NCBI GenBank assembly: GCA_041748215.1
Contig: JBGTDR010000176.1
Location: 213-64,212 of the forward strand
DNA length: 64,000 nt
Direction: 5' to 3'
From: Chthoniobacterales bacterium
GTDB lineage: Bacteria; Verrucomicrobiota; Verrucomicrobiia; Chthoniobacterales; JAATET01
Part shown: positions 29,743 through 38,676 of the stretch, piece by piece
Layout: each line of letters opens with the position of its first letter
Numbering within the stretch: position 1 is the stretch's first letter
Notes under the pieces: model-generated
Told to the model about the DNA's origin: nothing
Seen by the model: the letters and a program-made list of their open reading frames with translations, nothing else
Database searches by the model: none
Made by a program: the position numbers and the translations under genes

Positions 29743-31038
29743 TTACCCGTCCGCCGGCTCGGCCTTTTTGCCTTTGTTGGCGTAAAGCAACACGCCGGTG
29801 AGCGAATCCACCGCACGATCCAGTTGGGGATCGTCGATGCTCGTCGCCCCCTCGCTTTCCTCGAGCCCGACCACCCCGCTGCGGCGGCGTGCTTCGTAGA
29901 GCTGGCGCTCCTGCTCGAGTGTCATGGTGCACCGGATATCCGGCGCGACACCGTGCTCATGGATCGGTTTTTTTCCAGGCGTGTAATATTTTGCCGTGGT
30001 GAATCGCATGGCCGAACCGTCGGGCAACGACACGACACTTTGCACGGAACCTTTTCCGAACGTTGTCTCGCCCACGAGGATGGCACGTTTGAGATCTTTG
30101 AGAGCGCCCGCGACAATTTCGGATCCGCTGGCGCTCGAACTATTGATCAGAATGGCGAGCGGATATTTGCGGGTGCCCCCGGCCACGGAGCTCGTGAAAT
30201 ATTCGCGCGTTGGCGAGCGGCCCTCGGTGTAAACGACCTTTGTATTGGGAGCCACGAACTGCGAACAAACTTCGACCGCACTGCCCAGCAGACCGCCCGG
30301 ATTAAATCGCAAGTCGATCACGAGTGCTTCGATCCCCTGTTTGTCGAGCTTGTCGAGGGCGCGGGCCAGCTCGGCGGACGTCGGCTCATTGAACTGCGTG
30401 ATGCGCAGATACCCGACCTTGTGACCCGACGTGCGGGTTTCAGGGAGCACGGACACGTCGACGACGCTCGGCACCTTGATCACCGCCCGCGCGATGGTCA
30501 CGTCGATTGGGTCGGCGGAATCCGGGCGAGACAGCGTAAGGGTGACTTTTTCGCCGGGTTCGCCGCGGAGCATGTCCACGGCATCTCCCATCGAGATGCG
30601 ATCCGTTGCGGTTCCGTTGATTTTTCGAATCACGTCGCCCGGCAGAAGTCCGGCTTCGAATCCCGGCGTGCCCTCGGCGACACCAATGATCGTGAGGAAC
30701 GTATTTTTCGTCGTGACCGTCACGCCGAGGCCGCCGAATTCGCTCTTTGTGTCCTCCTGCATGCCTTTGAAGTCCCGCGGATCCATGAACGAGCTGTGGG
30801 GATCAAGTTCCGACAACATGCCGCGCAGCGCACTGTAGGTAAGATCACGGAAGGTCGTTTTGCCCTGATCGACGTAGTCCTGCCGGATCAATTCCATCGC
30901 GCGGGCAAGGACGTGCATGTTGTCGTACGGGGAATCCTCCACCGGTTGTGCACGTTCGACCTTGGCCTCCTGGGCCCCGGCCGGCAGCACGGCCAGCGCG
31001 AGCGTTGCGATTGCGATCCACTGTCCCGTTCGATTCAT
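29743..31038 (-). CDS. S41 carboxyl-terminal processing protease (CtpA-like)
   Basis: Signal peptide, LDPHS, PDZ domain, DLRFNPGGLL, SASGSEI, FGKGSVQ. Confidence 0.94.
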   Translation of the reverse strand: MNRTGQWIAIATLALAVLPAGAQEAKVERAQPVEDSPYDNMHVLARAMELIRQDYVDQGKTTFRDLTYSALRGMLSELDPHSSFMDPRDFKGMQEDTKSEFGGLGVTVTTKNTFLTIIGVAEGTPGFEAGLLPGDVIRKINGTATDRISMGDAVDMLRGEPGEKVTLTLSRPDSADPIDVTIARAVIKVPSVVDVSVLPETRTSGHKVGYLRITQFNEPTSAELARALDKLDKQGIEALVIDLRFNPGGLLGSAVEVCSQFVAPNTKVVYTEGRSPTREYFTSSVAGGTRKYPLAILINSSSASGSEIVAGALKDLKRAILVGETTFGKGSVQSVVSLPDGSAMRFTTAKYYTPGKKPIHEHGVAPDIRCTMTLEQERQLYEARRRSGVVGLEESEGATSIDDPQLDRAVDSLTGVLLYANKGKKAEPADG

Positions 31039-31042
31039 GCGC

Positions 31043-31714
31043 CTACGCTATCACAAAGACTCCGCCGCGAAAGGGGCCGCAATATTCGGCGTAAGCGGTC
31101 GTTACGTCGTTGCCCGGAGGCTCGGACGGCCGGTAGATCGCATTGAGCTCCACGAGCAATCGGATCGCCAAATCCTCGCGGTTGACCGGAGCGCCCGTTT
31201 CGAGTTCCAGCGAAGTAGCCGACTCCTGAAGTGCGATGGGAAAATCCTCGCGCCGCTGCCGAACATTGATGCCGATGCCGGCCACCGCAAAAACTTCCCG
31301 TCCAGTTCGCGCTTCGGTCAGAATGCCCGCGGTTTTTCGTGTTCCCACAAAAATGTCGTTTGGCGGTTTGATGCGAGGTGCAATTCCGGTCACTCCCGTG
31401 ATAGCACGAAACAGGGCCACCGCCACAAATGGTGTGATCGCGGGCAATTCACTCGGCGGCCACTGCGGGCGGAGCAGCAGCGACAGCCATAGACCGGCCC
31501 CGGCGGCGGATTCCCATCGTCGGCCAAACTGCCCGCGGCCCGCGGTCTGGCTTTCCGCTATGACTACGATTCCTTCGTCCTCGCCCGCTTCAGCCAGGCG
31601 GGTGACGACGTCATTCGTCGAAGACGTTTCCCGGAAAACGAGCACCTTCCGGCCAAGCGGCCCGTCACCCCTTCCCGCAGTGATCCGGTCCGGATCCGGT
31701 GGTGAATCAATCAT
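31043..31714 (-). CDS. birA: Biotin--protein ligase without an HTH domain
   Basis: TSSTND, AESQTAGRGQFGRRW, KPPNDI, KTAGILTE, GIGINV. Confidence 0.9.
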   Translation of the reverse strand: MIDSPPDPDRITAGRGDGPLGRKVLVFRETSSTNDVVTRLAEAGEDEGIVVIAESQTAGRGQFGRRWESAAGAGLWLSLLLRPQWPPSELPAITPFVAVALFRAITGVTGIAPRIKPPNDIFVGTRKTAGILTEARTGREVFAVAGIGINVRQRREDFPIALQESATSLELETGAPVNREDLAIRLLVELNAIYRPSEPPGNDVTTAYAEYCGPFRGGVFVIA

Positions 31715-32546
31715 CGTCCAAAATTTCGAGTGAGAGATCGACGGCCGGCGCGGAATGGGTGAGGGCTCCGACCGAGATGAAGTCCACGCCGCACTCCGCG
31801 ACGGCCCGCACGGAATCCAGCGTGATGCCACCGCTCGCTTCGAGAAGCACACCCGGTGGACGCAATCGCACCGCTTCGCGCAGTTGGTCGAGCGACATGT
31901 TGTCCAACAACACGACCGCAATTCCATCGATCGCAAAAAATGCCCGAGCCTGTTCCAACGTATCGGCCTCGACTTCGACGCGCACCCCGGGTCGTTCGGC
32001 CCGCAAGGCAGCGATGCGTTGCACCAGAGCAACGGGCGTCAGGCCGCCAGCGAGATGATTATCCTTTACCATGACCATATCGTACAGGCCCAGTCGATGA
32101 TTTGTCCCCCCGCCTGCAGCGACCGCTGCCTTCTCAAGAAGACGAAATCCCGGCGTGGTTTTTCGCGTATCCAATATCCTGCAGCCGGTCCCGGCCACGG
32201 CATCGACGTATCGCCGCGTGACCGTCGCGACGCCGCACACTCGTTGAAGAAAATTCAGAGCCGTGCGTTCCGCGGTCAAAATTGATCCCGCCGTACCCGC
32301 GACCCGCAAAACGGTCGCGCCCGGAGCGAGCCGGTCTCCGTCGCGTGCTTCGACGATGATATCGAGCCCGGCATCGACACGGCGAAAAACCTCCTCAGCG
32401 ACCGCAGCACCTGCGAGCACGCACGTTTCCTTGGCGAAAATTCTCGCCTGGCTGTGGCGGCGGGGGTCGGTGAAAAATTCTACCGTCACGTCGCCGGGGC
32501 CGATGTCTTCGGCGAGCGCGAGCGCGATGAGATCGTTTTCAGGCAT
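31707..32546 (-). CDS. nadC: Nicotinate-nucleotide pyrophosphorylase (carboxylating)
   Basis: ALAEDIGPGDVT, ERTALN, DTRKTTPG, HRLGL, KDNH, LLDNM, EASGGI. Confidence 0.97.
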   Translation of the reverse strand: MPENDLIALALAEDIGPGDVTVEFFTDPRRHSQARIFAKETCVLAGAAVAEEVFRRVDAGLDIIVEARDGDRLAPGATVLRVAGTAGSILTAERTALNFLQRVCGVATVTRRYVDAVAGTGCRILDTRKTTPGFRLLEKAAVAAGGGTNHRLGLYDMVMVKDNHLAGGLTPVALVQRIAALRAERPGVRVEVEADTLEQARAFFAIDGIAVVLLDNMSLDQLREAVRLRPPGVLLEASGGITLDSVRAVAECGVDFISVGALTHSAPAVDLSLEILDDD

Positions 32547-33597
32547 GAGCGTCCGACAACCCGAGGAGCCGCCGCTGCCAGCGCATAAGCGCCGGTGAGT
32601 TGGCGTCGATCGTGACGGCTTCGAGCGCGCCACGCGACGCGATGATGGCCGGATCGATCTGGATCTCGCCCGCGATGCGGTCACGAATCGCTTTGAGATC
32701 GTCGAACGCCTTGATCTGGGCGAGCGAGCGCCGGGTGCCGCGGCGCCGTTCCGGTTTTGGCCACTCGGATTCCGGAATCTGAAGTGCCAGAGCAAGTGCG
32801 ACCTCGAAACTCCGGCGGCGGCGGTTTGTCATGCGCGGAGTGGAAAACGCCGCGTCGCGGCTCGCCTTTTCGGAGAGCCGCAGCAGGTCGTCATTGCTCA
32901 TCACGTGAAAGGGTGGCCGATCCCAGCTGCGGGATTCCGCGTCGCGCCAGAACCACAACACCCGCAGGATCGATTGCGCCCGCGGTGACAATTTGGCCGA
33001 GCCGGAAATGCGCCAGACCGATTCCTCGTCGCGTTCCTTCACTTCGCGCGACGCCGCGACCATGCGGTCTCGCGATTCCGCAAACCAGTCCCAACGAGCC
33101 AGCCGGTGCAGCTCCGCTTCGATCAATTCCGCCAGCGGCAGCAGGTAGCGCGTATCGTTCATCGCGTAATCGACCATTTCGGCCGAGAGCGGTCGCACGG
33201 CCCAATTCGCTTTCTGCGATCCCTTGGAAAGTTTCACACCGAAATACCGTTCCACAAGCGCCGCAAGTCCCAGCCCCTCGAGACCACAAAGGCGCGCCGC
33301 AATCATGGTATCAAAAACTTCGCGCGGCTCGAACGTCCCGACCCGGCGCAGCATGCGCAGGTCGTAATCGGCACCGTGGAAAACGACGCGTTTGTCGTTC
33401 ATCGCGTCGAGCAACGGCTGCATCGGCACATCCGCCAGCGGATCGATCAACGTGTGCTCGCGCGGTGTGCTCGCCTGGATCAGGCAGATTTTTTCGAAAT
33501 AGCAGTGCAGACTGTCGGCCTCCGTGTCGATGGCGACAACGGGCAGGTCGGCAATCCGGTCGAGAAATTCCTCGAGCTCCGGAGGGGTCGCAATCAA
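32539..33597 (-). CDS. rnd: Ribonuclease D-family 3'-5' exonuclease with HRDC domain
   Basis: AIDTEADS, FHGADYDL, FDTMIAARL, YAMNDT, WRDAESRSWDRPPFHV; TTG start. Confidence 0.9.
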   Translation of the reverse strand: MIATPPELEEFLDRIADLPVVAIDTEADSLHCYFEKICLIQASTPREHTLIDPLADVPMQPLLDAMNDKRVVFHGADYDLRMLRRVGTFEPREVFDTMIAARLCGLEGLGLAALVERYFGVKLSKGSQKANWAVRPLSAEMVDYAMNDTRYLLPLAELIEAELHRLARWDWFAESRDRMVAASREVKERDEESVWRISGSAKLSPRAQSILRVLWFWRDAESRSWDRPPFHVMSNDDLLRLSEKASRDAAFSTPRMTNRRRRSFEVALALALQIPESEWPKPERRRGTRRSLAQIKAFDDLKAIRDRIAGEIQIDPAIIASRGALEAVTIDANSPALMRWQRRLLGLSDAHA

Positions 33598-34202
33598 GGC
33601 TCGGCGATGAACTTGTCGCGTGGCGGCAGCTCACCCGCGTGACGGGCCCGCGGCTCGCGCACCTGCGTGGTGCCATCGGTCGGAGCGGTGACAAATGGCC
33701 CGCCGGCCAACGGCGCAACTCCGGTGAAGGCCACGTCCGGCACATCGCTCGGTTTGCCTTCGAGCGGGAAATCCTTCCGCAACGGGAAATAGGGATAACC
33801 GTCCCACATCAGGATGCGTCGCAGATCGGGATGATCCTTGAAACGGATTCCCATCATGTCGAATACCTCACGCTCGTGCCAGTCGGCGGTCGGCCAGATA
33901 TCCGAGACCGTCGGCGCTTCGTTCGCGTCCTCTTCGAGCGAATATTTGATTCGCAGATGGATCGCCTGCTTCATCGAATACAGCTCGTAAACCATCTCCC
34001 AGCGCGGCTCGGTTTCGAAATGGTCGATGCTCGAAATGTCCAGCAGGTAGTCGAATCCCAGCTCGTCCCGGCAAACCCGCGACAGGTCACGCATCACGCC
34101 CGGCTCGATCACGAGCGACGTCTCACCTCGAAATTCCCGGACTTCCAGGATTGACGCTCCAAAGCGCCCGCGCAGTTTCTCCACTGCCTCACTCGCACTC
34201 AT
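33594..34202 (-). CDS. nuoC: NADH-quinone oxidoreductase subunit C
   Basis: EFRGE, WPTADWHEREVFDMMGI, HPDLRRIL, PLRKDFP. Confidence 0.95.
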   Translation of the reverse strand: MSASEAVEKLRGRFGASILEVREFRGETSLVIEPGVMRDLSRVCRDELGFDYLLDISSIDHFETEPRWEMVYELYSMKQAIHLRIKYSLEEDANEAPTVSDIWPTADWHEREVFDMMGIRFKDHPDLRRILMWDGYPYFPLRKDFPLEGKPSDVPDVAFTGVAPLAGGPFVTAPTDGTTQVREPRARHAGELPPRDKFIAEP

Positions 34203-34213
34203 AAAATCTCCCT

Positions 34214-34738
34214 TTACTGCAAATTCTCGATCAGCACGCGTTTCTGATCCTCGATGGCGTGCTCGCCCATGATTTTTTTCTGAAGTTTCATCAACCCGTC
34301 GAGCAGAGCTTCGGGCCGGGGCGGGCAACCGGAAATGTAAACGTCCACCGGCAGCAATTGGTCGATGCCCTGAAGCACCGCGTAGCTGCGATACATGCCA
34401 CCGCTCGACGCGCAGGCGCCCATGGCGATCACCCATTTCGGCTCGGGCATCTGGTCGTAGATGCGTTTCACGGCGAGCGCCATCTTATAGGTCACCGTGC
34501 CCGCGACGATCATCACGTCGGATTGCCGGGGAGAAAATCTCATCACTTCCGCGCCAAAGCGGGAAATGTCGTAACGCGATGACGACGCAGCCATCAACTC
34601 GATGGCGCAACACGCCAGGCCCATCGGCATCGGCCACAACGAATTGCTCCGCATCCAGTTGATCGCGGCATCCACCCGCGTAAAAATTACGTTTCCCTCG
34701 ACCTTGGAATCATAGGCTACGGGACTTTCGGCAGTCAT
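34214..34738 (-). CDS. nuoB: NADH-quinone oxidoreductase subunit B
   Basis: [37 protein letters not shown]. Confidence 0.97.
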   Translation of the reverse strand: MTAESPVAYDSKVEGNVIFTRVDAAINWMRSNSLWPMPMGLACCAIELMAASSSRYDISRFGAEVMRFSPRQSDVMIVAGTVTYKMALAVKRIYDQMPEPKWVIAMGACASSGGMYRSYAVLQGIDQLLPVDVYISGCPPRPEALLDGLMKLQKKIMGEHAIEDQKRVLIENLQ

Positions 34739-34745
34739 ATTCGCG

Positions 34746-34773
34746 AAACTATTTCCCACCTGTTACGAAGCAA
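34746..34773 (-). promoter_or_regulatory. Putative sigma70 promoter, leaderless geometry, for nuoB
   Basis: TTGCTT-16 nt-TAGTTT, ending 7 nt before ATG 34738. Confidence 0.55.
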
Positions 34774-34876
34774 GGGCCAAGTTCGGATTCGGCGGGAATC
34801 CGGTTTGTTAACATCGAAAAGCCCTAGCGGAGAAGGTCGCACCCGGCATCGTGATGCCCGATCGCCCACTCCCGAT

Positions 34877-35635
34877 TCACTGGGGAATGATGAGGGTCTG
34901 GCCGATTTGCACGTTCACCGAACCGTTGAGCGTGTTGTGATTCGCGTCAGCGATGTCTTTCCAGCGTTGCGGAGTGGCGTAAAATTTCCGGGAGATCGCG
35001 GCCAGCGTGTCGCCCTTTTGGACAACGTACGTCCGGGTCTCGCGGCCCACGGCGCGTTCGGCCGCGGCAGTTTTTGGATCTTTGGAAAAACCGGCGGCGT
35101 CCCGGGCGGGTTGGGTCGGTTTTGCGGCGGTCTTCTCCTCGGGGACCTTGGGGCGTTTGCGTTCGGCTGCCAGATCGGCTCGAACGGCGGTCAACTGTTC
35201 GCGCAATTCGAGGTTTTCATTTTTTAACCTCGCCGCCTCCCGTTTTGTCATCAGTCCGCTGTCAGCCGCCCGGGTGGCGAGCACGAGCTCGATGCGCTGG
35301 ACGTATCCCTGGACTTCCTGCTTCCGCGCCGGGGCCTCGGTCATGCGGAGATAACGCCGAAAATGATGCAACGCCGAAACGGGGTCATCCAGCTTGTCGT
35401 CGTAGATCAACGCAAGCTGGAGGTGCGTGTCGGCGGTCTTCGGCGTTCCGTCGAGCGTGGCTTCGTAAAGTCGGACCGCTCGCGGGAAATCGCCGGAATT
35501 TTGGGCCTCCAGTGCTTGCTCGGGTGTTTTCGAAGCGGTCGGCAATTCGAATTGGTCGCACCCGGTGAGCACCAGGCCGAGCACCAGGACCGCCAACGCC
35601 CGCGCACGGGAACCCCCACAATCTCGATTCCTCAT
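34877..35635 (-). CDS. Lipoprotein with TPR-like, coiled-coil and C-terminal LysM domains
   Basis: Lipobox LTGC; LysM YVVQKGDTLAAISRKFY...IADAN...GQTLIIP. Confidence 0.88.
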   Translation of the reverse strand: MRNRDCGGSRARALAVLVLGLVLTGCDQFELPTASKTPEQALEAQNSGDFPRAVRLYEATLDGTPKTADTHLQLALIYDDKLDDPVSALHHFRRYLRMTEAPARKQEVQGYVQRIELVLATRAADSGLMTKREAARLKNENLELREQLTAVRADLAAERKRPKVPEEKTAAKPTQPARDAAGFSKDPKTAAAERAVGRETRTYVVQKGDTLAAISRKFYATPQRWKDIADANHNTLNGSVNVQIGQTLIIPQ

Positions 35636-35701
35636 GCCAGCGATTTTTACCCGGCTATCCTCACGGGGCCAACCCTCGAGTGGATTTTTCGAACCGATTG
35701 A

Positions 35702-35869
35702 TCAGATCGGTTCGCCGGTGAGCGGTGCGGCTTGATTAATATTCGGCGGCGCGTCCAGGAACGGCGATCCTCCCGCCGGCGGCGGATCGGGGGATTGGCA
35801 GCCGCTCGCAACCAAAGCTGCCATGGTCAGGATCGCGAGGCAGACAATTCGTTGGAAAAGCCGAATCAT
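35702..35869 (-). CDS. Putative very small Pro-rich lipoprotein
   Basis: MIRLFQRIVCLAILTMAALVASGC-QSPDPPP; lipobox-like ASGC; co-oriented with its neighbours. Confidence 0.55.
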   Translation of the reverse strand: MIRLFQRIVCLAILTMAALVASGCQSPDPPPAGGSPFLDAPPNINQAAPLTGEPI

Positions 35870-35894
35870 GGTTTCATTTAGGCGTGAATGGCTG

Positions 35895-36539
35895 TCAGGC
35901 ACCAGCACAGATCACCAATGCGCGGAAAAGTGCAGCCGGATCCGGACAATCCGTGATGCGACCGTCGGCATCGAGCAGGCCAAATCCCCCGCCCCACGCC
36001 CGGCCATTAACCACGCAGGCGTCGGTTTGGGCTGATTCGATCTGGGACCTGCCCGCCGCGATCGCGTCGCCCCGCGTGCCGGTGACTTCATATTTCCATC
36101 CGACGATGCGCGCCGCCGGGAACCAGTCGCGTAATGACGAAATCACTTTGAGTGCGGGTCGCAACGTCAGATGCAGCTCGCCCAATCGACTCGGGATTTT
36201 CGCTTCCGTTCGAAGTTGTCCCCCAGCATCTCGCACCTCGGCAACCTCGTAGTCCGACAGCGCGGCCGCGTGCAGGATAAGGTCGATTTCGTTCATCTCA
36301 CCTCGATCCGCACAAAGCGCGGCCAGCTGGGCGTTGGTCGCAAATTCCTGCAGGACGACCCGCGGGTCCACCGCCAGCTGGGTGGTCGCACCACTGCTTT
36401 TCGCGCAAATCACGGCGTGGCCCGCGTCGGCAAAAAAATTTGCGAGCGTGACGCCCAAGGTGCCGGTCGAAAAATTCGTAATGCGTCGGACTTCGTCGAT
36501 CGGCGTGATGGCTGGTCCGCACGTCACCAGCACATTCAT
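35895..36539 (-). CDS. coaB: Stand-alone phosphopantothenate--cysteine ligase (CoaB/DFP C-terminal-like)
   Basis: VLVTCGPAITPIDEVRRITNFSTG, HAAALSDY, VGWKYE; SD-like GGAGG upstream. Confidence 0.78.
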   Translation of the reverse strand: MNVLVTCGPAITPIDEVRRITNFSTGTLGVTLANFFADAGHAVICAKSSGATTQLAVDPRVVLQEFATNAQLAALCADRGEMNEIDLILHAAALSDYEVAEVRDAGGQLRTEAKIPSRLGELHLTLRPALKVISSLRDWFPAARIVGWKYEVTGTRGDAIAAGRSQIESAQTDACVVNGRAWGGGFGLLDADGRITDCPDPAALFRALVICAGA

Positions 36540-36597
36540 TCGCCCTCCATGCCGCTGCGATACCACGGCGTCCACACCGGGAGCAATTATTGGATGA

Positions 36598-38676
36598 TCA
36601 CGCGTCCTGCGCGGCCTGGATGGCGGTGAGCGCAATCGTGTAAATGATGTCCTCCACGAGTGCGCCGCGGCTCAGATCGTTCACCGGGCGTTTCAAACCC
36701 TGGAGCATCGGGCCGATGCTGATGACATTCGCGGCGCGCTGGACGGCCTTGTAAGTGGTGTTTCCGGTGTTGAGGTCCGGAAAAACAAATACGGTCGCGC
36801 GACCGGCGACCGGGCTGTCCGGTGCTTTCGTTGCGGCCACGTCCGGGATCGCGGCGGCGTCGTACTGAAGCGGACCATCGAGGAGCAGATCAGGGCGTTT
36901 CTTTTTGGCGATGGCCGTTGCTTCCCGCACCTTGTCCACCTGCGTACCCGAGCCGGACTCGCCCGTCGAATAGCTGATCATCGCGACACGGGGAGGAATG
37001 CCAAATGCCGCGGCCGAGTCCGCACTTTGAATGGCGATGTCCGCCAGCACTTCGGCGGGCGGATCGGTATTCACCGCGCAATCGCCGTAAACGAGCACTT
37101 GTTCGGGCAGGCACATAAAAAAGATCGACGATACCACGCTCGCGCCCGGTTTGGTTTTGATGACCTGAAGTGCAGGTCGGATCGTGTTGGCGGATGAATG
37201 CACCGCGCCAGAAACGAGGCCGTCGGCTTCCCCCAGCGCAAGCATCACGGTCCCGAGCATCACGTTGTCGGTGAGCTGGTCCGCGGCGGCGGTGGCCGAA
37301 AGGCCCTTGGCTTTGCGCAATTCGACGAGCGGTTCGACATACCGGGCACGCACCACCTCGGGATCGATGATTTCCAGGCTCGCCGGCAGTTCGATGTCGT
37401 GGCCCTGCGCGATGGCGCGGATCGCGTCGGGATTGCCGATCAGCGCACAGCGGGCGATGCCACGTTGCTGACAGGTTGCGGCGGCGCGGATCGTGCGCGG
37501 CTCGTCTCCCTCCGGCAGCAAAATCCGCTTGTTCGCCGCGACGGCGCGTTCAGTGAGCATGTAACAAAATGCCGCCGGCGACATGCGGGCTTCGAGGCTG
37601 GTTTCACAACGCCGCTGGAGCCAGCCGCCGTCGAGGTGCTCCGCGACAAAATCCATCGCTCGCGTGATGCGATCGAGATCATTGATCGGAACCTCGCTGC
37701 TCATCGCGTTGAGGTGCACCGCGGTCTCGTAGCTGTTGGTCGAAACCCGGAGCAGCGGCAACCCCGCGTCGAGGCCGGGTTTGATGAAATCCCGAATCCG
37801 GCTGTCGAGATCGGTGCCGCCGGAAAGGACAAGGCCCGCCACGGGAACATGGTTGAGCGCCGCCATGGCGACCGCGATCACCACGTCGCTGCGGTCGCCG
37901 GGCGTCACGAGAATCGCGCCCGGTTCAAACGTGTGCAACATGTTGGGCACAGTGCGGGCGAGCAGGTGAATCGAGCGCACGCGCAGAGTGTCGATGTTTC
38001 CCGCGGAAAGAACGTCCGCCCGGAGGTGTGTGGCGATGTCCCGGGTCCGGCAGCGCGTGAGTTCGACGTTGCCCGGAATCACTCCCACAAGGTCAAACTC
38101 GCCCGGGTGAAAAATTGCCGATCCGGCGCGGAGCTGGTTCGCAAGTTCCGCGTCAGCCCGATTGACGATGCAGCCGACAACGCCGCTGCCCGCCGTGCCG
38201 CCGAATGCCTGCGCGGCAAATTCAATCTGATCCCGCAAATCCTCCATCGACGCGCCCGCGGCATTGGCGACCAGCAGGACTGCCGCGCTCAGCGTTTGCG
38301 CCATTTCCGCGTTCAGCCGACCCACGAGCGAATCCTCCGCCGTCGGCACCAGCCCCTCGACGACCAGCACATCGGCATTGCCAGCGGAGGCGTGCGCGGA
38401 CCGCAGCACCTGGCTCATCAGCGCGTCGGACTCTCCTTCCGAAATCAGCCGGGCCGCAGCGTCCAGCGCAATCGGATCAGCGGGCCGCAGGTGCGTGGTT
38501 TGGCGGACAAAATGGGTCGACCTTTCCGGGCCGTCGTCTCGGCCCTGGGGCTGGCCAATGGGTTTGCAAAATGCGACCCGCACGCCGCGCTGGTCGAGCG
38601 CACGCACGAGGCCGAGGGAAACGGTGGTGAGCCCGGTGCCCGTCCGGGTCGGGGCGAGAAAAAAAATGTGTTTCAT
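36598..38676 (-). CDS. pta: Phosphate acetyltransferase, long class II form (P-loop/DRTGG + PTA domains)
   Basis: TGTGLTTVSLG, TPGDRSD, LPEGDEPRT, PDLNTGN, GPMLQGLKRPVNDLSRG. Confidence 0.96.
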   Translation of the reverse strand: MKHIFFLAPTRTGTGLTTVSLGLVRALDQRGVRVAFCKPIGQPQGRDDGPERSTHFVRQTTHLRPADPIALDAAARLISEGESDALMSQVLRSAHASAGNADVLVVEGLVPTAEDSLVGRLNAEMAQTLSAAVLLVANAAGASMEDLRDQIEFAAQAFGGTAGSGVVGCIVNRADAELANQLRAGSAIFHPGEFDLVGVIPGNVELTRCRTRDIATHLRADVLSAGNIDTLRVRSIHLLARTVPNMLHTFEPGAILVTPGDRSDVVIAVAMAALNHVPVAGLVLSGGTDLDSRIRDFIKPGLDAGLPLLRVSTNSYETAVHLNAMSSEVPINDLDRITRAMDFVAEHLDGGWLQRRCETSLEARMSPAAFCYMLTERAVAANKRILLPEGDEPRTIRAAATCQQRGIARCALIGNPDAIRAIAQGHDIELPASLEIIDPEVVRARYVEPLVELRKAKGLSATAAADQLTDNVMLGTVMLALGEADGLVSGAVHSSANTIRPALQVIKTKPGASVVSSIFFMCLPEQVLVYGDCAVNTDPPAEVLADIAIQSADSAAAFGIPPRVAMISYSTGESGSGTQVDKVREATAIAKKKRPDLLLDGPLQYDAAAIPDVAATKAPDSPVAGRATVFVFPDLNTGNTTYKAVQRAANVISIGPMLQGLKRPVNDLSRGALVEDIIYTIALTAIQAAQDA

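Noticed and set aside
31043-31714. birA as a truncated pseudogene
   Set aside because: The catalytic motifs are intact, and short ligases lacking the HTH are common; no frameshift remnant is visible.
34783-34862. Two short hairpins between the LysM gene and nuoB
   Set aside because: No U-tract and no recognisable RNA family; short stems are common at this GC content.
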